A DNA stretch of 53,652 nucleotides from Nitrososphaerota archaeon (GTDB lineage: Archaea; Thermoproteota; Nitrososphaeria; Nitrososphaerales; Nitrosopumilaceae): positions 1 to 53,652 of the forward strand of contig JBQTIK010000037.1 in assembly GCA_052388195.1 (NCBI GenBank), written 5' to 3'. How positions within the stretch are numbered: the stretch's first letter is position 1; the number at the start of each line of letters is the position of its first letter. The notes beneath the pieces are model-generated. The model saw only the letters and a program-made list of their open reading frames with translations, had not been told where the DNA came from and did not search any database. Shown here in pieces: positions 53,252-53,652 of this stretch. A program made the position numbers and the translations under genes.

Positions 53252-53652
53252 CTAGTTTGGCTCTGGATGTATTGTTACTACTGCATTTTTGATCTGGCTT
53301 CTGATTTTATGCTCAATTTCAGATATTATATCATGAACTTTTTCAATTGAAAGATTTCCATCAAATGAACAGTCTATATCTATTTTGAAAACATTTTGAA
53401 GCTGAAAAGTAATCACCCTTCCTATTTTTTTCACAGTTGAGTATTCCTTAATTATTTTAGTAATTTGTTCTTCTACTGTCAGATTTTCAACGGGAGGGCT
53501 CTTTGGTATTGCAAGGTGAGGCTCCAAATGTACCGTAATGTGATTTATGTTAGAAACAGCGCTTCTAACCTGCCCCTCTATCTCATCTGATATCTTATGT
53601 GCTTCTTCAAGTGACATGTTTCTATCTACCGCCACATGCAAGCTTATGAAGA
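53252..53652 (-). CDS. Cation diffusion facilitator (CDF) transporter, C-terminal part only (5' end outside window)
   Basis: The frame stays open to the window edge (..FISLHVAVDRNMSLEEAHKISDEIE...). This is the CDF cytoplasmic-domain pattern, apparently duplicated (second copy DIDCSFDGNLSIEKVHDIISEIEHKI). Confidence 0.75.
   Translation of the reverse strand, partial: FISLHVAVDRNMSLEEAHKISDEIEGQVRSAVSNINHITVHLEPHLAIPKSPPVENLTVEEQITKIIKEYSTVKKIGRVITFQLQNVFKIDIDCSFDGNLSIEKVHDIISEIEHKIRSQIKNAVVTIHPEPN

Noticed and set aside
1-53652. CRISPR arrays, IS elements/transposases, integrases, rRNA genes, and recognisable defence genes (Cas, restriction-modification, toxin PIN/MazF)
   Set aside because: None was seen on either strand. 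The only regularly spaced perfect repeats are the two ORB 25-mers, which fit an origin rather than a CRISPR array.

Overview
Gene-dense, AT-rich chromosomal segment of an archaeon. It is most consistent with a marine ammonia-oxidising thaumarchaeon (Nitrosopumilus-like). That assignment is an inference from PolD, Orc1/Cdc6, thermosome and PCNA/TFS/Rpo11 occurring together with BluB and corrin methylases, an archaeal parvulin, a PEFG-type C-terminal anchor and cupredoxin-like secreted proteins. I call about 68 protein genes and 3 tRNAs: Val-GAC, Pro-GGG, and Arg-CCT with a non-canonical D-loop intron. I saw no rRNA, CRISPR array, transposase or integrase. Most genes are housekeeping: NMNAT, TyrRS, aspartokinase, SHMT, glutamine synthetase, thermosome, Cdc48, Hsp20, NDH-2, GGGP synthase and cobalamin genes. 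The main structure is a replication island at 35.5-44.6 kb. It runs polD small subunit, orc1/cdc6, then a 460-bp intergenic oriC with two perfect 25-bp ORB repeats, one inverted degenerate ORB and a 48-nt, ~96% A+T element. The same intergenic region carries a second, unexplained motif family, a GTTAAC/TTAACA array. Next comes a four-gene cluster of small predicted DNA-binding proteins wedged between oriC and GGGP synthase/polD large subunit. These are a wHTH protein, a 53-aa AbrB/SpoVT protein absent from the ORF track, a membrane-anchored coiled-coil wHTH protein and an HTH-like protein. This cluster plus the motif array is my best candidate for an undescribed system. Other notable items: a parvulin PPIase gene broken by a T8 homopolymer frameshift; a 38-aa Cys/His-rich micro-ORF; a secreted protein with an internal ~120-aa duplication; a secreted cyclophilin fusion with an unusual GGGCLIATAAFGS anchor module; an hsp20-cdc48 tandem with a palindromic operator and a divergent HTH+ACT-like gene; and an orphan truncated MtrA-like protein. 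All protein family calls come from by-eye motif recognition, with no database search run. Many ORF-track starts are TTG/GTG, so 5' ends are uncertain.
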